From Candidatus Bipolaricaulota bacterium (GTDB taxonomy: Bacteria > Bipolaricaulota > Bipolaricaulia > Bipolaricaulales > Bipolaricaulaceae): a DNA stretch of 64,000 nucleotides. A model generated the notes under the pieces. It was not told where the DNA came from. It saw nothing but the letters and a program-made list of their open reading frames with translations, and did not search any database. The DNA is taken from positions 1,061 to 65,060 of the forward strand of contig JACIWK010000003.1 in the NCBI GenBank assembly GCA_014360985.1, in the 5' to 3' direction. The translations under genes and the position numbers were made by a program. Every line of letters starts with the position of its first letter. Position 1 is the first letter of the stretch. This document shows positions 33,701-41,961 of this stretch, one piece after another.

Positions 33701-35004
33701 GGTACTTCGGGACGGACGGGGTGCGGGGGGTGGCGGGGGTCGAGCTCACCTGTGAGCTCGCGTTCCGCCTCGCCCGTGCCGCGGGCCATGCCTTCCGGCC
33801 CAACCGCGCGCTCCTTGCCATGGACACCCGCCTCTCCGGCCCGGCGCTCGCGGGCGCCTGCGCCGCGGGCCTCGCCGAGACCGGCTGCGACGTGGACCTG
33901 GCCGGCGTCCTCCCCTCCCCAGCCGTCTCCCACCTCGTCCCGCGACGGGGGTACGGCCTGGGGCTCGTCGTCTCCGCGTCCCACAACCCGCCCCAGGATA
34001 ACGGGATCAAGCTCTACGGCCCCCACGGGCTCAAGCTCTCCCCGGAGGACGAGGAGAGGGTGGAAGCGCTACTCGATGCCCCCAGCGGGGGCGGGCCCCT
34101 CGGCGCGGTGCGCGGCTGGACCGGGGCGGAAGCGGAGTACGCGGCCATTCTCCGCGCCGCCGTCCCCGACCTCTCGCTCCGCGGCGTGAAGGTCGTCCTC
34201 GACTGTGCCCACGGGGCGACGGCCCGTCTCGCACCGCGGCTCTTCGCCGAGCTCGGGGCGGACGTAGCCGTGATGGGCGGGGAACCTGACGGGGCGCGGA
34301 TCAACGAGACCGGCGCCGCGGCGATGGCCGTCCTCTCCCGGGAGGTTCCCGCCCGGGGGACGGAGATCGGGATCGCCTTCGACGGCGACGGCGACCGGGC
34401 CCTGTTCGTGGACAATCGGGGGAACGTTGTGGAGGGGGACCAGCTCATGGCGGCGCTCGCCCCCCATCTCCTCGCCTGGGGGGAGCTCTCCTCGCCAGGG
34501 GTCGTGTTCACCGTCCTCGCCAACCTGGGGGCCGAGGCGTACCTTCGGGAGCGGGGGTTCCGGGTGGACCGGGTGCCGGTGGGGGATCGGAACGTGGCGT
34601 GGGCGATGCGGGAGCGAGGGGTAGACCTCGGGGGCGAGCCGTCGGGGCACGTGATCTTCCGCCACTACACGGCGACCGGGGACGGGATCCTCACCGGCCT
34701 CCTCGTCCTGCGGGCCCTGGCGCGGATGGGAACCGACCTCGCGTCCCTCGTCGCCCCAGTTCCCCTCTACCCCCAGGTGCGGGTCGACGTCCCCGTGGCC
34801 GACCGGGAGGCGGCCCTCGCCCGCCCGGCCGTGCAGGCCGCGATCCGGGAGGTCCAGGCCCAGCTCGATGGTCGAGGGCGCCTCGTCGTGCGCCCCTCGG
34901 GCACCCAGCCGGTGATCCGGATCATGGTCGAGGGCCCCGACGTGGGGGACCTCCACGCCCTCGTCTCTCGGATCGCGGGCGAGATCGTCCAGGAGGTGAG
35001 ATGA
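33697..35004 (+). CDS. glmM: Phosphoglucosamine mutase
   Basis: YFGTDGVRG, SASHNP, DGDGDR, GGEPSGH, VVRPSGTQP. Confidence 0.9.
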   Translation: MRYFGTDGVRGVAGVELTCELAFRLARAAGHAFRPNRALLAMDTRLSGPALAGACAAGLAETGCDVDLAGVLPSPAVSHLVPRRGYGLGLVVSASHNPPQDNGIKLYGPHGLKLSPEDEERVEALLDAPSGGGPLGAVRGWTGAEAEYAAILRAAVPDLSLRGVKVVLDCAHGATARLAPRLFAELGADVAVMGGEPDGARINETGAAAMAVLSREVPARGTEIGIAFDGDGDRALFVDNRGNVVEGDQLMAALAPHLLAWGELSSPGVVFTVLANLGAEAYLRERGFRVDRVPVGDRNVAWAMRERGVDLGGEPSGHVIFRHYTATGDGILTGLLVLRALARMGTDLASLVAPVPLYPQVRVDVPVADREAALARPAVQAAIREVQAQLDGRGRLVVRPSGTQPVIRIMVEGPDVGDLHALVSRIAGEIVQEVR

Positions 35005-36314
35005 ACCCCAAGGAACAGCTTCTGGCGAGGATCCGCGACCACACCGCGGTGGTGGGCGTAGTGGGTCTCGGGTACGTCGGGCTTCCGTTCGCGGTGGAGA
35101 AGGCGAAGGTGGGGTTCCGCGTCCTCGGGGTCGAGCAGAACCCCGCGCGTGCGGACAAGGTCAACCGGGGCGAGAACTACATCAGCGACGTTCGGGACGA
35201 AGAACTCCGCGACCTCGTTGCCCGGGGGCTCATCCGCGCCGACACGGACTTCGCCCACGTTCCGGAGATGGACGTGATCGTGATCTGCGTCCCCACCCCC
35301 CTCACCAAGAACCTCACCCCCGACCTGAGCTATGTGGAGCGGGTGACGCGGGAGGTGGCCCGCAACCTCCGACGCGGGCAGCTCGTCAGCCTGGAGTCGA
35401 CCACCTACCCCGGGACGACCGAGGAGGTCATGCTTCCCGTCCTCGCCTCCTCGGGCCTGAAGGTCGAGGTGGACTTCTTCCTTGTTCACTCCCCTGAGCG
35501 GGTGGATCCGGGGAACAAGCGGTACACCACGAAGAACACGACGAAGGTCGTGGGCGGCGTCGGCCCGGAGTCCCTCGACGTTGCCCTCGCCTTCTACGGG
35601 CAGACGATCGAACGGGTCGTCCCCGTGTCCAGCGCCAAGGCCGCTGAGCTCGTCAAGGTGTTCGAGAACACGTTCCGGGCGGTGAACATCGCCCTGGTGA
35701 ACGAGCTCGCTCTCCTGTGCGACCGGATGGGCCTCAACGTGTGGGAGGTTCTGGACGCGGCGTTCACGAAACCGTTCGGGATCATGCCGTTCTGGCCCGG
35801 GCCGGGCGTGGGCGGCCACTGCATCCCCCTCGACCCCCACTACCTCGAATGGAAAGCTAAAGAGCTCAACTTCAACACCCACTTCATCGCCCTGGCCGGC
35901 GAGATCAACCGCCGGATGCCGGAGTTCGTGCGGGACAAGGCGATCCGGGTCCTGAACAGGCTCGGCGTCGCCCCGTCCCAGGCACGGATCCTCGTCCTGG
36001 GGGCCGCCTACAAGAGGGACCTCGCCGATCACCGGGAGTCCCCTGCGGTGGAGGTGATCCGGCTTCTCCGGGAGTACGGGGCCGACGTGGTCTACCACGA
36101 CCCGTACGTCCCCACCCTACACGACGAGGGAGTTGACCTCGACAGCATCCCCCTGACCGTGGACGAGCTCCAGAAGAGCGACCTCGTGGTCATCACCACC
36201 GACCACACCTCCGTGGACTACGGGTTCGTGGTCGCCCACGCCCGCCACGTCCTCGACACCCGCAACGCGACCCGAGGCGTAGCTGCGGGCCGGGACAGGA
36301 TCACCCTGCTATGA
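35001..36314 (+). CDS. UDP-GlcNAc 6-dehydrogenase (WbpA-like)
   Basis: [56 protein letters not shown]. Confidence 0.92.
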   Translation: MNPKEQLLARIRDHTAVVGVVGLGYVGLPFAVEKAKVGFRVLGVEQNPARADKVNRGENYISDVRDEELRDLVARGLIRADTDFAHVPEMDVIVICVPTPLTKNLTPDLSYVERVTREVARNLRRGQLVSLESTTYPGTTEEVMLPVLASSGLKVEVDFFLVHSPERVDPGNKRYTTKNTTKVVGGVGPESLDVALAFYGQTIERVVPVSSAKAAELVKVFENTFRAVNIALVNELALLCDRMGLNVWEVLDAAFTKPFGIMPFWPGPGVGGHCIPLDPHYLEWKAKELNFNTHFIALAGEINRRMPEFVRDKAIRVLNRLGVAPSQARILVLGAAYKRDLADHRESPAVEVIRLLREYGADVVYHDPYVPTLHDEGVDLDSIPLTVDELQKSDLVVITTDHTSVDYGFVVAHARHVLDTRNATRGVAAGRDRITLL

Positions 36315-37252
36315 AGGTGGGCCTGATCGGTGCCGGAGGGTGGGGGAAAAACCTCGCCCGGGTTCTGGCGGAGCTCGGCGCCCTGGGGGGGATCGCCGAC
36401 CTCAGTCCCGAGGCCCGCGAGGAGCTTCGGCAGCGCTATCCTGGGGTGGCGATCCACACCGACCACCGGGCCCTCCTCGCGGCGGAGGTGCCCGCTGTGG
36501 CCATCGCCACCCCGGCCGCGACCCACTTCGCCCTCGCCCGCGAGGCCTTGAAGGCGGGGAAGCACGTGTTCGTGGAGAAGCCCCTCGCCCTGCGGCGGGA
36601 GGAGGCGGCCGAACTGGCCGACCTCGCGGACCGCGCGGGGCGGATCCTCATGGTGGGCCACCTCCTCCTCTACCAACCCGCCGCGCGCTGGATCGGGGAG
36701 TTCCTCCGCTCAGGGGGCGTGGGCAGCGTGTGGAGCCTGCACCAAGAACGGCTCAATTTGGGCACGGTCCGGACGGTGGAGAACGCGCTGTGGAGCCTGG
36801 GCGTCCACGACGTGGCCGTGCTCCTCCACCTGGTAGGGGAGCGACCCACAATGGTGAAGTGCGTGGGCCAGCGGGCGTCCCCGAGCGGTGTCGAGGACGA
36901 TGCGTACCTTCACCTGGGCTTCCCGAGTCAGATCCAGGCCCACGTGCACGTGTCGTGGCTGTGGCCGGAGAAGCGACGCCGGCTCACCGTGGTGGGGTCC
37001 GAGGCGATGCTCGTGTACGACGAGCTCGCCCAAGAGGTTACCCTCCACCGCAAGCGGATCGGAGAAGATCTCAGGCCTGCCGACAAGGGGACCGAGATCG
37101 TGTTCCAGGGCGCGGCGGAGCCCCTGCGGCTCGAGATGGAGGAGTTCCTGTCCTGCATTCGGGATGGACGGCGACCACTCTCGGACGGCCGGAGAGCGGT
37201 GGAGGTGGTGGGCGTGCTCGAGGAGGCGAGCCGCCAGTTGGGGGGGAGATGA
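36311..37252 (+). CDS. Gfo/Idh/MocA oxidoreductase (WbpB-like 3-dehydrogenase)
   Basis: [21 protein letters not shown]; position between wbpA- and wbpD-like genes. Confidence 0.85.
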   Translation: MKVGLIGAGGWGKNLARVLAELGALGGIADLSPEAREELRQRYPGVAIHTDHRALLAAEVPAVAIATPAATHFALAREALKAGKHVFVEKPLALRREEAAELADLADRAGRILMVGHLLLYQPAARWIGEFLRSGGVGSVWSLHQERLNLGTVRTVENALWSLGVHDVAVLLHLVGERPTMVKCVGQRASPSGVEDDAYLHLGFPSQIQAHVHVSWLWPEKRRRLTVVGSEAMLVYDELAQEVTLHRKRIGEDLRPADKGTEIVFQGAAEPLRLEMEEFLSCIRDGRRPLSDGRRAVEVVGVLEEASRQLGGR

Positions 37253-37845
37253 GCGACTACTTCGTGCACGAATCCGCGTACGTGGACCCCGGGGCCAAAG
37301 TCGGCCCAGGGACGAAGATCTGGCACTTCAGCCACGTGATGGGCGGGGCCGAGATCGGGGCGAACTGCAGCCTGGGCCAGAACGTGTTCGTGGCCGATCG
37401 GGTGAAGATCGGGAACCATGTCAAGATCCAGAACAACGTGTCCGTGTACGAGGGCGTGGTCCTGGAGGACTACGTGTTCTGTGGTCCGAGCTGTGTGTTC
37501 ACCAACGTGCGCACACCCCGGTCCGCGTTCCCCCGCAACCGCCCCGAGGACTACGTACCGACGGTGGTCAAGCACGGGGCGTCGATCGGGGCCAATGCCA
37601 CGGTTGTCTGCGGGGTGACGATCGGCGAGTGGGCGTTCGTTGCCGCTGGCGCGGTGGTGACGAAGGACGTGCCGCCCTACGCCCTCGTGGCCGGCGTCCC
37701 CGCCCGCATAATTGGCTGGGCCTGTGAGTGCGGCGTGCCATTACGATTCGAAGGCGGCGGTGACCAGGAGGCGACGTGCGCCGAGTGCGGACGGGTGTAT
37801 CGGCTGAAAGGGGAGGGCATGGAGTTGGTGCGGGAGAGCTCGTAG
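37249..37845 (+). CDS. wbpD: UDP-2-acetamido-3-amino-sugar N-acetyltransferase
   Basis: [60 protein letters not shown]. Confidence 0.9.
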   Translation: MSDYFVHESAYVDPGAKVGPGTKIWHFSHVMGGAEIGANCSLGQNVFVADRVKIGNHVKIQNNVSVYEGVVLEDYVFCGPSCVFTNVRTPRSAFPRNRPEDYVPTVVKHGASIGANATVVCGVTIGEWAFVAAGAVVTKDVPPYALVAGVPARIIGWACECGVPLRFEGGGDQEATCAECGRVYRLKGEGMELVRESS

Positions 37846-37870
37846 CATGTGGCTTGTAGCCAGTGGAGCA
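37843..37870 (+). repeat. G-rich heptamer arm (4 units) starting at the wbpD stop codon
   Basis: TAGCATG TGGCTTG TAGCCAG TGGAGCA. Confidence 0.8.
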
Positions 37871-37884
37871 GACCAGGAGTGTGC

Positions 37885-38397
37885 ATGCCGGAGTGCGTGG
37901 AGAACCTTGAGGTCTGGCAGCGTGGCGTCAGGCTCGTGAAGGCCGTATACGAGATCACCCGTCACTGGCCATCGGAAGAGCAGTATGGTCTGACCTCCCA
38001 GTTCCGCCGCGCGGCTGTCTCCGTACCGACCAACATCGCTGAGGGGGTCGGTCGAGGGGGACGCCGCGAGATCGTGCGGTTCGCCCGGGTTTCGCTCGGC
38101 TCACTGTACGAGCTGAGCACGTTGTTGGTCATCGCTGAGGGACTGGGGTGTGTCAGCGAAGGGTCGGCGGCGAAGATGCGTGCCGAGATCGATGCCCTCA
38201 CCCGGCAGCTGGCGGCCTTCATCCGTTACCAGCAGGGTCGCCTGCCCGGCCGGCCTCCAGGTTCCACCCACGCTCCACCCCCGGATGGAGACGCCGCCGG
38301 CCCCCCCTACAAACCACAAGCTTTGATCCACTCGCCACAAGCCACACGCCACAAGCCAAGAACCGCAAGGAGAACAGATGACCATTCCCATCCTTGA
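37885..38397 (+). CDS. Four helix bundle protein (23S rRNA IVS protein / Avd-like fold) with repeat-encoded C-terminal tail
   Basis: LEVWQ....L...VY..T..WP.EE.YGLTSQ.RRAAVS.PTNIAEG..R......RF...SLGS.YE; low-complexity tail runs through the heptamer arm. Confidence 0.9.
   Translation: MPECVENLEVWQRGVRLVKAVYEITRHWPSEEQYGLTSQFRRAAVSVPTNIAEGVGRGGRREIVRFARVSLGSLYELSTLLVIAEGLGCVSEGSAAKMRAEIDALTRQLAAFIRYQQGRLPGRPPGSTHAPPPDGDAAGPPYKPQALIHSPQATRHKPRTARRTDDHSHP
38307..38369 (+). repeat. C-rich heptamer arm (9 units), complementary to the 37843 arm
   Basis: CTACAAA CCACAAG CTTTGAT CCACTCG CCACAAG CCACACG CCACAAG CCAAGAA CCGCAAG. Confidence 0.88.
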
Positions 38398-39742
38398 CCT
38401 CAAACGCCAGTACGCGTCCATCAAGCCCCAGATCGATGCTGCCATCCAGCGGGTGGTGGAGTCGGGGCGGTTCATCCTCGGCCCCGAGGTCGAGGCGTTG
38501 GAGCAGGAGATCGCCGCCTACTGCGGCGTCAAGCACGCGATCGGGGTGGCGAGCGGTACCGACGCGTTGCTCCTCTCGCTGCGGGCGCTTGGGATCGGGC
38601 CGGGGGATGGGGTGATCGTCCCCAGCTTCACCTTCTTCGCCACCGCCGGCGCGGTCCACAACGTGGGGGCAACCCCCGTCTTCTGCGACATCGACCCCCG
38701 CACCTTCAACCTTGATCCCGACTCGGTTCGAGAGATCATGGCCCGTGGCCCGTGGCTCGTAGCCAGTGGGACCCCACAGGGCATTCCTCCCACATGCTAC
38801 AAGCCACAGGCAACTAGCCACATCACATGCCACTCGCCACACGCCACTCGCCCCAGGCCGCGCGCCATCATCCCCGTCCACCTCTACGGCCAGATGGCGG
38901 ACATGGACGCAATCATGGAGCTCGCCCACGAGTTCGGCCTCTATGTGATCGAAGACGCCGCCCAGTCCATCGGCGCCGAGTACGTTGGGCAAGTAGCTAG
39001 TAGCCAGTGGCCTGTAGATGAAGGCTCCCCACCCCCCACAAGCCACCTCCCGCTCTCCACAGGCCACAGGCCCCAGGCCCCAGGCCACAAGCTAGGAGCA
39101 ACTAGCCACAAGCCACAAACCAAGAAAGCCGGCACCGTCGGCCATCTCGGCTGTTTCTCCTTCTTCCCCACCAAGAACCTCGGGGCGTACGGGGACGGGG
39201 GGATGGTCGTGACGAACGACGACGAGCTCGCCGAGCGGGTGCGGATGCTGCGCGTGCACGGGTCCAAGCCCAAGTACTACCACCACATCGTGGGGTACAA
39301 CTCCCGGCTCGATGCCCTCCAGGCCGCGATCCTGAGGGCGAAGCTCCCCCATCTGGACGAGTGGACAGCGGCGCGGAGGAGACTCGCCGCCCGGTACGAC
39401 GAGCTCCTGGCTGGGGTGCCGGGGATCGAGCTCCCCCACCGGGCGGCGGGGCAGACCCACATCTTCCACCAGTACACGATCCGAGTGTTGGACGGCAAGC
39501 GCGACGCGTTGCGCGAGCACCTCAAGGCGCAGGGAATCGGGACCGAGATCTACTACCCATTGCCATTGCACCTCCAGGAGTGCTTTGCCCATCTCGGGTA
39601 CCAAGAAGGGGACCTCCCCGAGAGCGAGAAGGCAAGCCGCGAGGCGTTGTCCTTGCCCATGTTTCCCGAACTCACCGATGAGGAGCAGGCTTGCGTCGCC
39701 AACTCCATCCGCTCCTTCTTGGGCTCAAGCTGCCAACCATGA
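38378..39742 (+). CDS. DegT/DnrJ/EryC1/StrS aminotransferase (WbpE-like) with two in-frame repeat insertions
   Basis: SGTDAL, IEDAAQSIGA, FSFFPTKNLG.YGDGG, GYNSRLDALQAA; 454 aa, two low-complexity loops. Confidence 0.92.
   Translation: MTIPILDLKRQYASIKPQIDAAIQRVVESGRFILGPEVEALEQEIAAYCGVKHAIGVASGTDALLLSLRALGIGPGDGVIVPSFTFFATAGAVHNVGATPVFCDIDPRTFNLDPDSVREIMARGPWLVASGTPQGIPPTCYKPQATSHITCHSPHATRPRPRAIIPVHLYGQMADMDAIMELAHEFGLYVIEDAAQSIGAEYVGQVASSQWPVDEGSPPPTSHLPLSTGHRPQAPGHKLGATSHKPQTKKAGTVGHLGCFSFFPTKNLGAYGDGGMVVTNDDELAERVRMLRVHGSKPKYYHHIVGYNSRLDALQAAILRAKLPHLDEWTAARRRLAARYDELLAGVPGIELPHRAAGQTHIFHQYTIRVLDGKRDALREHLKAQGIGTEIYYPLPLHLQECFAHLGYQEGDLPESEKASREALSLPMFPELTDEEQACVANSIRSFLGSSCQP
38739..38857 (+). 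repeat. In-frame inverted heptamer insert 1 in the aminotransferase
   Basis: TGGCCCG TGGCCCG TGGCTCG TAGCCAG TGG followed by CCACAGG..CCACATG CTACAAG CCACAGG CAACTAG..CCACTCG CCACACG CCACTCG CCCCAGG. Confidence 0.88.
38986..39126 (+). repeat. In-frame inverted heptamer insert 2 in the aminotransferase
   Basis: TAGCTAG TAGCCAG TGGCCTG, then 13 consecutive in-phase C-rich heptamers at 39036-39126. Confidence 0.9.
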
Positions 39743-39764
39743 CGAGTGGACTCCCGACCCCGGC

Positions 39765-39834
39765 CCACGGACGCTGGACCATGGACCATGCACTTCGTCC
39801 CACACGCCACTCGCCACAGGCCACGTACAGCATG
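39765..39834 (+). repeat. C-rich heptamer array (10 units) ending at the TAGAAT -10 box of the MNT-HEPN pair
   Basis: CCACGGA CGCTGGA CCATGGA CCATGCA CTTCGTC CCACACG CCACTCG CCACAGG CCACGTA CAGCATG. Confidence 0.85.
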
Positions 39835-39871
39835 TAGAATCGAAGCAACACTCCGGAGGGGGTGATCGTTC

Positions 39872-40216
39872 TTGGCCTCACGAACCGTTCCTGCGGATGT
39901 GCTGGATGACATCGTCCGGCGGATCGTAGCGGTGGCTGATCCAGACAAGATCATCCTCTTCGGCTCCGCAGCCCGGGGGGAGATGCGCCTGAGCAGCGAC
40001 TTGGACCTCCTCGTCGTCAAGTCCGGCGTCCCTCATCGCGGACGGCTGACGGAGGAGATCTACATGGGCCTCTCGGGCGTCGGGAGAGCTGCCGACATCA
40101 TCGTCGTTACCCCCGAGGACATAGAACGATATCGCGATGTGCATGCAACCGTGATCAAGCCCGCCATCCGCGAGGGGAGGGTGATCTATGAGCGCGAAGC
40201 AGCGACCACCGGATGA
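39872..40216 (+). CDS. Minimal nucleotidyltransferase (MNT) antitoxin
   Basis: IILFGSAARGE....SDLDLLVV motif, 114 aa. Confidence 0.9.
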   Translation: MASRTVPADVLDDIVRRIVAVADPDKIILFGSAARGEMRLSSDLDLLVVKSGVPHRGRLTEEIYMGLSGVGRAADIIVVTPEDIERYRDVHATVIKPAIREGRVIYEREAATTG

Positions 40217-40586
40217 CCCCATCGAGTGGTTGAACAGGGCGCGGAGCAACCTCCTGCAGAGCCAGGCGCGACTCGAAGGGGTGTACCTGGAGGACCTGGC
40301 TTTCGCGGCTCAACAAGCGGCAGAGAAGGCGATCAAGGCCGTCCTCATCCATCTTGGCGTGGAGTTCCCGTACACCCATGACCTGACAGCACTGCTCACG
40401 CTCGTGCAGCAGCAAGGGTTCTCTGTGCCGAGGGAGGTAGCCCAAGCAGGCCGGCTCACTCGGCATGCAGTGATCGCCCGCTACCCGGGACTCGGGGAAC
40501 CTGTGACCGAAGAGGAGTACGCGGAGGCAGTGACGATTGCGGAGGGTGTTGTGCAGTGGGCGCAGTCCATTGTGGCCGGCCAATGA
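40188..40586 (+). CDS. HEPN domain toxin
   Basis: WLNRA..NL, F.AQQAAEKAIKA, FPYTHDL..L, RYPG; overlaps the MNT gene. Confidence 0.9.
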   Translation: MSAKQRPPDDPIEWLNRARSNLLQSQARLEGVYLEDLAFAAQQAAEKAIKAVLIHLGVEFPYTHDLTALLTLVQQQGFSVPREVAQAGRLTRHAVIARYPGLGEPVTEEEYAEAVTIAEGVVQWAQSIVAGQ

Positions 40587-40608
40587 GCGCCTCACCGTGG
40601 CACCCAGA

Positions 40609-40747
40609 CCACTCGCCATGGACCATGGACCCCTCGCACCACGCACTACGGACCATGGACCATGCACTTCGTCCCACACGCCACTCCCCACAAGCCGACC
40701 CCGCACCACGCACTATGGACCATGGACCATGGACCATGCACTCCGAC
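40609..40747 (+). repeat. C-rich heptamer array (about 19 units, small phase slips) ending at the wecB start
   Basis: CCATGGA, CCACGCA, CCACACG and CCACAAG units; 40650-40686 is identical to 39776-39812. Confidence 0.88.
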
Positions 40748-40749
40748 CC

Positions 40750-41961
40750 ATGCGCCTAGCCAACGTCGTCGGTGCCCGTCCTCAGTTCATCAAGCTCGCT
40801 CCGGTCCTGAAGGCCATCGACCAGCACAACCGGGAGCACCCCGAGGCCCAGGTTGAGGAGATCTTGATCCACACGGGGCAGCACTACGACTACGAGATGT
40901 CCCAGGTGTTCTTCGACGAGCTGGGGTTGAAGGCACCTGACCACCATTTGGGCGTTAGGTCAGGGTCCCATGGCCAGCAGACCGGGGAGATGCTCAAGCG
41001 GATCGAAGAGGTGCTTCTCAAGGAGAAGCCCGATCTGGTGGCGGTCTACGGCGACACGAACACCACCCTGGCCGGGGCCCTGGCAGCGGCCAAGCTGCAT
41101 GTCCCGGTGGCCCACGTGGAGGCGGGCTTACGCAGCTTCAACCGGAAGATGCCCGAGGAGATCAACCGCGTGCTCACCGACCATGTGGCGGATCTCCTCT
41201 TCTGCCCCACCGAGACCGCAGTACAGAACCTGAAAAGGGAGGGTTTCACCAACATCGTCAACGATGGCCATCTCCTCCCGCTTGACTATGCACCACGGAC
41301 TCCAGGCGACAAGCCACGCACTACACGCCACAAGCCACTAGCCATCAATGTTGGCGACGTGATGTACGATGCGGTGCTCCAGTACGCCGAGCTTGCCGAA
41401 GCGAAGTCAGGGATCCTCGAGCGCTTAAAGCTTGAGCTCAGAGGCTACGCCCTGGCCACCGTCCACCGCGCGGAGAACACCGACGATCCAGTGCGTCTCA
41501 GGGCGATCTTCCAGGGGCTGGTGAAGCTTGCCCGGGAGGGGCTGACGGTGGTGGTTCCCTTGCACCCCCGCACCCGTAATGCCCTCTCTTCTCTCTCCCT
41601 TACCCCTGACCCTTCGCCCTGCAATCTGCTCATAATCGAGCCGGTCTCTTACCTGGACATGCTCGTGCTCGAGAAGAACGCCCGGGTTATTCTGACGGAT
41701 TCCGGCGGGGTGCAAAAGGAGGCCTTCTTCTTCCGCGTCCCCTGCGTGACCCTCCGGGAGGAGACCGAGTGGGTGGAGACGGTGGAGGCGGGTTGGAATG
41801 TGCTCGTGGGCGGTGACCCGGAACGGATTCTCCAGGCGGCCCTAATGGCTCAGCAAGGAGAGGAGACCACTTGGCCCTACGGTAACGGCCGGGCGGCGGA
41901 GAGGATTGCCGGCTTTCTGGAACGCGGATTATGCTGGGGATGGCGCCATGAACGAGCCTAG
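40750..41961 (+). CDS. wecB: UDP-N-acetyl-hexosamine(uronate) 2-epimerase, non-hydrolysing (WecB/WbpI-like)
   Basis: VVGARPQFIK, HTGQHYD, VYGDTNTTLAG, HVEAGLRSFN..MPEEINR, TDSGGVQKEA, ETEW. Confidence 0.93.
   Translation: MRLANVVGARPQFIKLAPVLKAIDQHNREHPEAQVEEILIHTGQHYDYEMSQVFFDELGLKAPDHHLGVRSGSHGQQTGEMLKRIEEVLLKEKPDLVAVYGDTNTTLAGALAAAKLHVPVAHVEAGLRSFNRKMPEEINRVLTDHVADLLFCPTETAVQNLKREGFTNIVNDGHLLPLDYAPRTPGDKPRTTRHKPLAINVGDVMYDAVLQYAELAEAKSGILERLKLELRGYALATVHRAENTDDPVRLRAIFQGLVKLAREGLTVVVPLHPRTRNALSSLSLTPDPSPCNLLIIEPVSYLDMLVLEKNARVILTDSGGVQKEAFFFRVPCVTLREETEWVETVEAGWNVLVGGDPERILQAALMAQQGEETTWPYGNGRAAERIAGFLERGLCWGWRHERA
41286..41348 (+). repeat. In-frame C-rich heptamer run (9 units) inside wecB
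   Basis: CTATGCA CCACGGA CTCCAGG CGACAAG CCACGCA CTACACG CCACAAG CCACTAG CCATCAA. Confidence 0.8.

Noticed and set aside
37843-41623. Heptamer arrays as a CRISPR array or as a DGR template/variable repeat pair
   Set aside because: No constant repeat with unique spacers and no cas genes; no reverse transcriptase in the window. The 37-bp repeats are identical, and the flanking differences are not adenine-specific.
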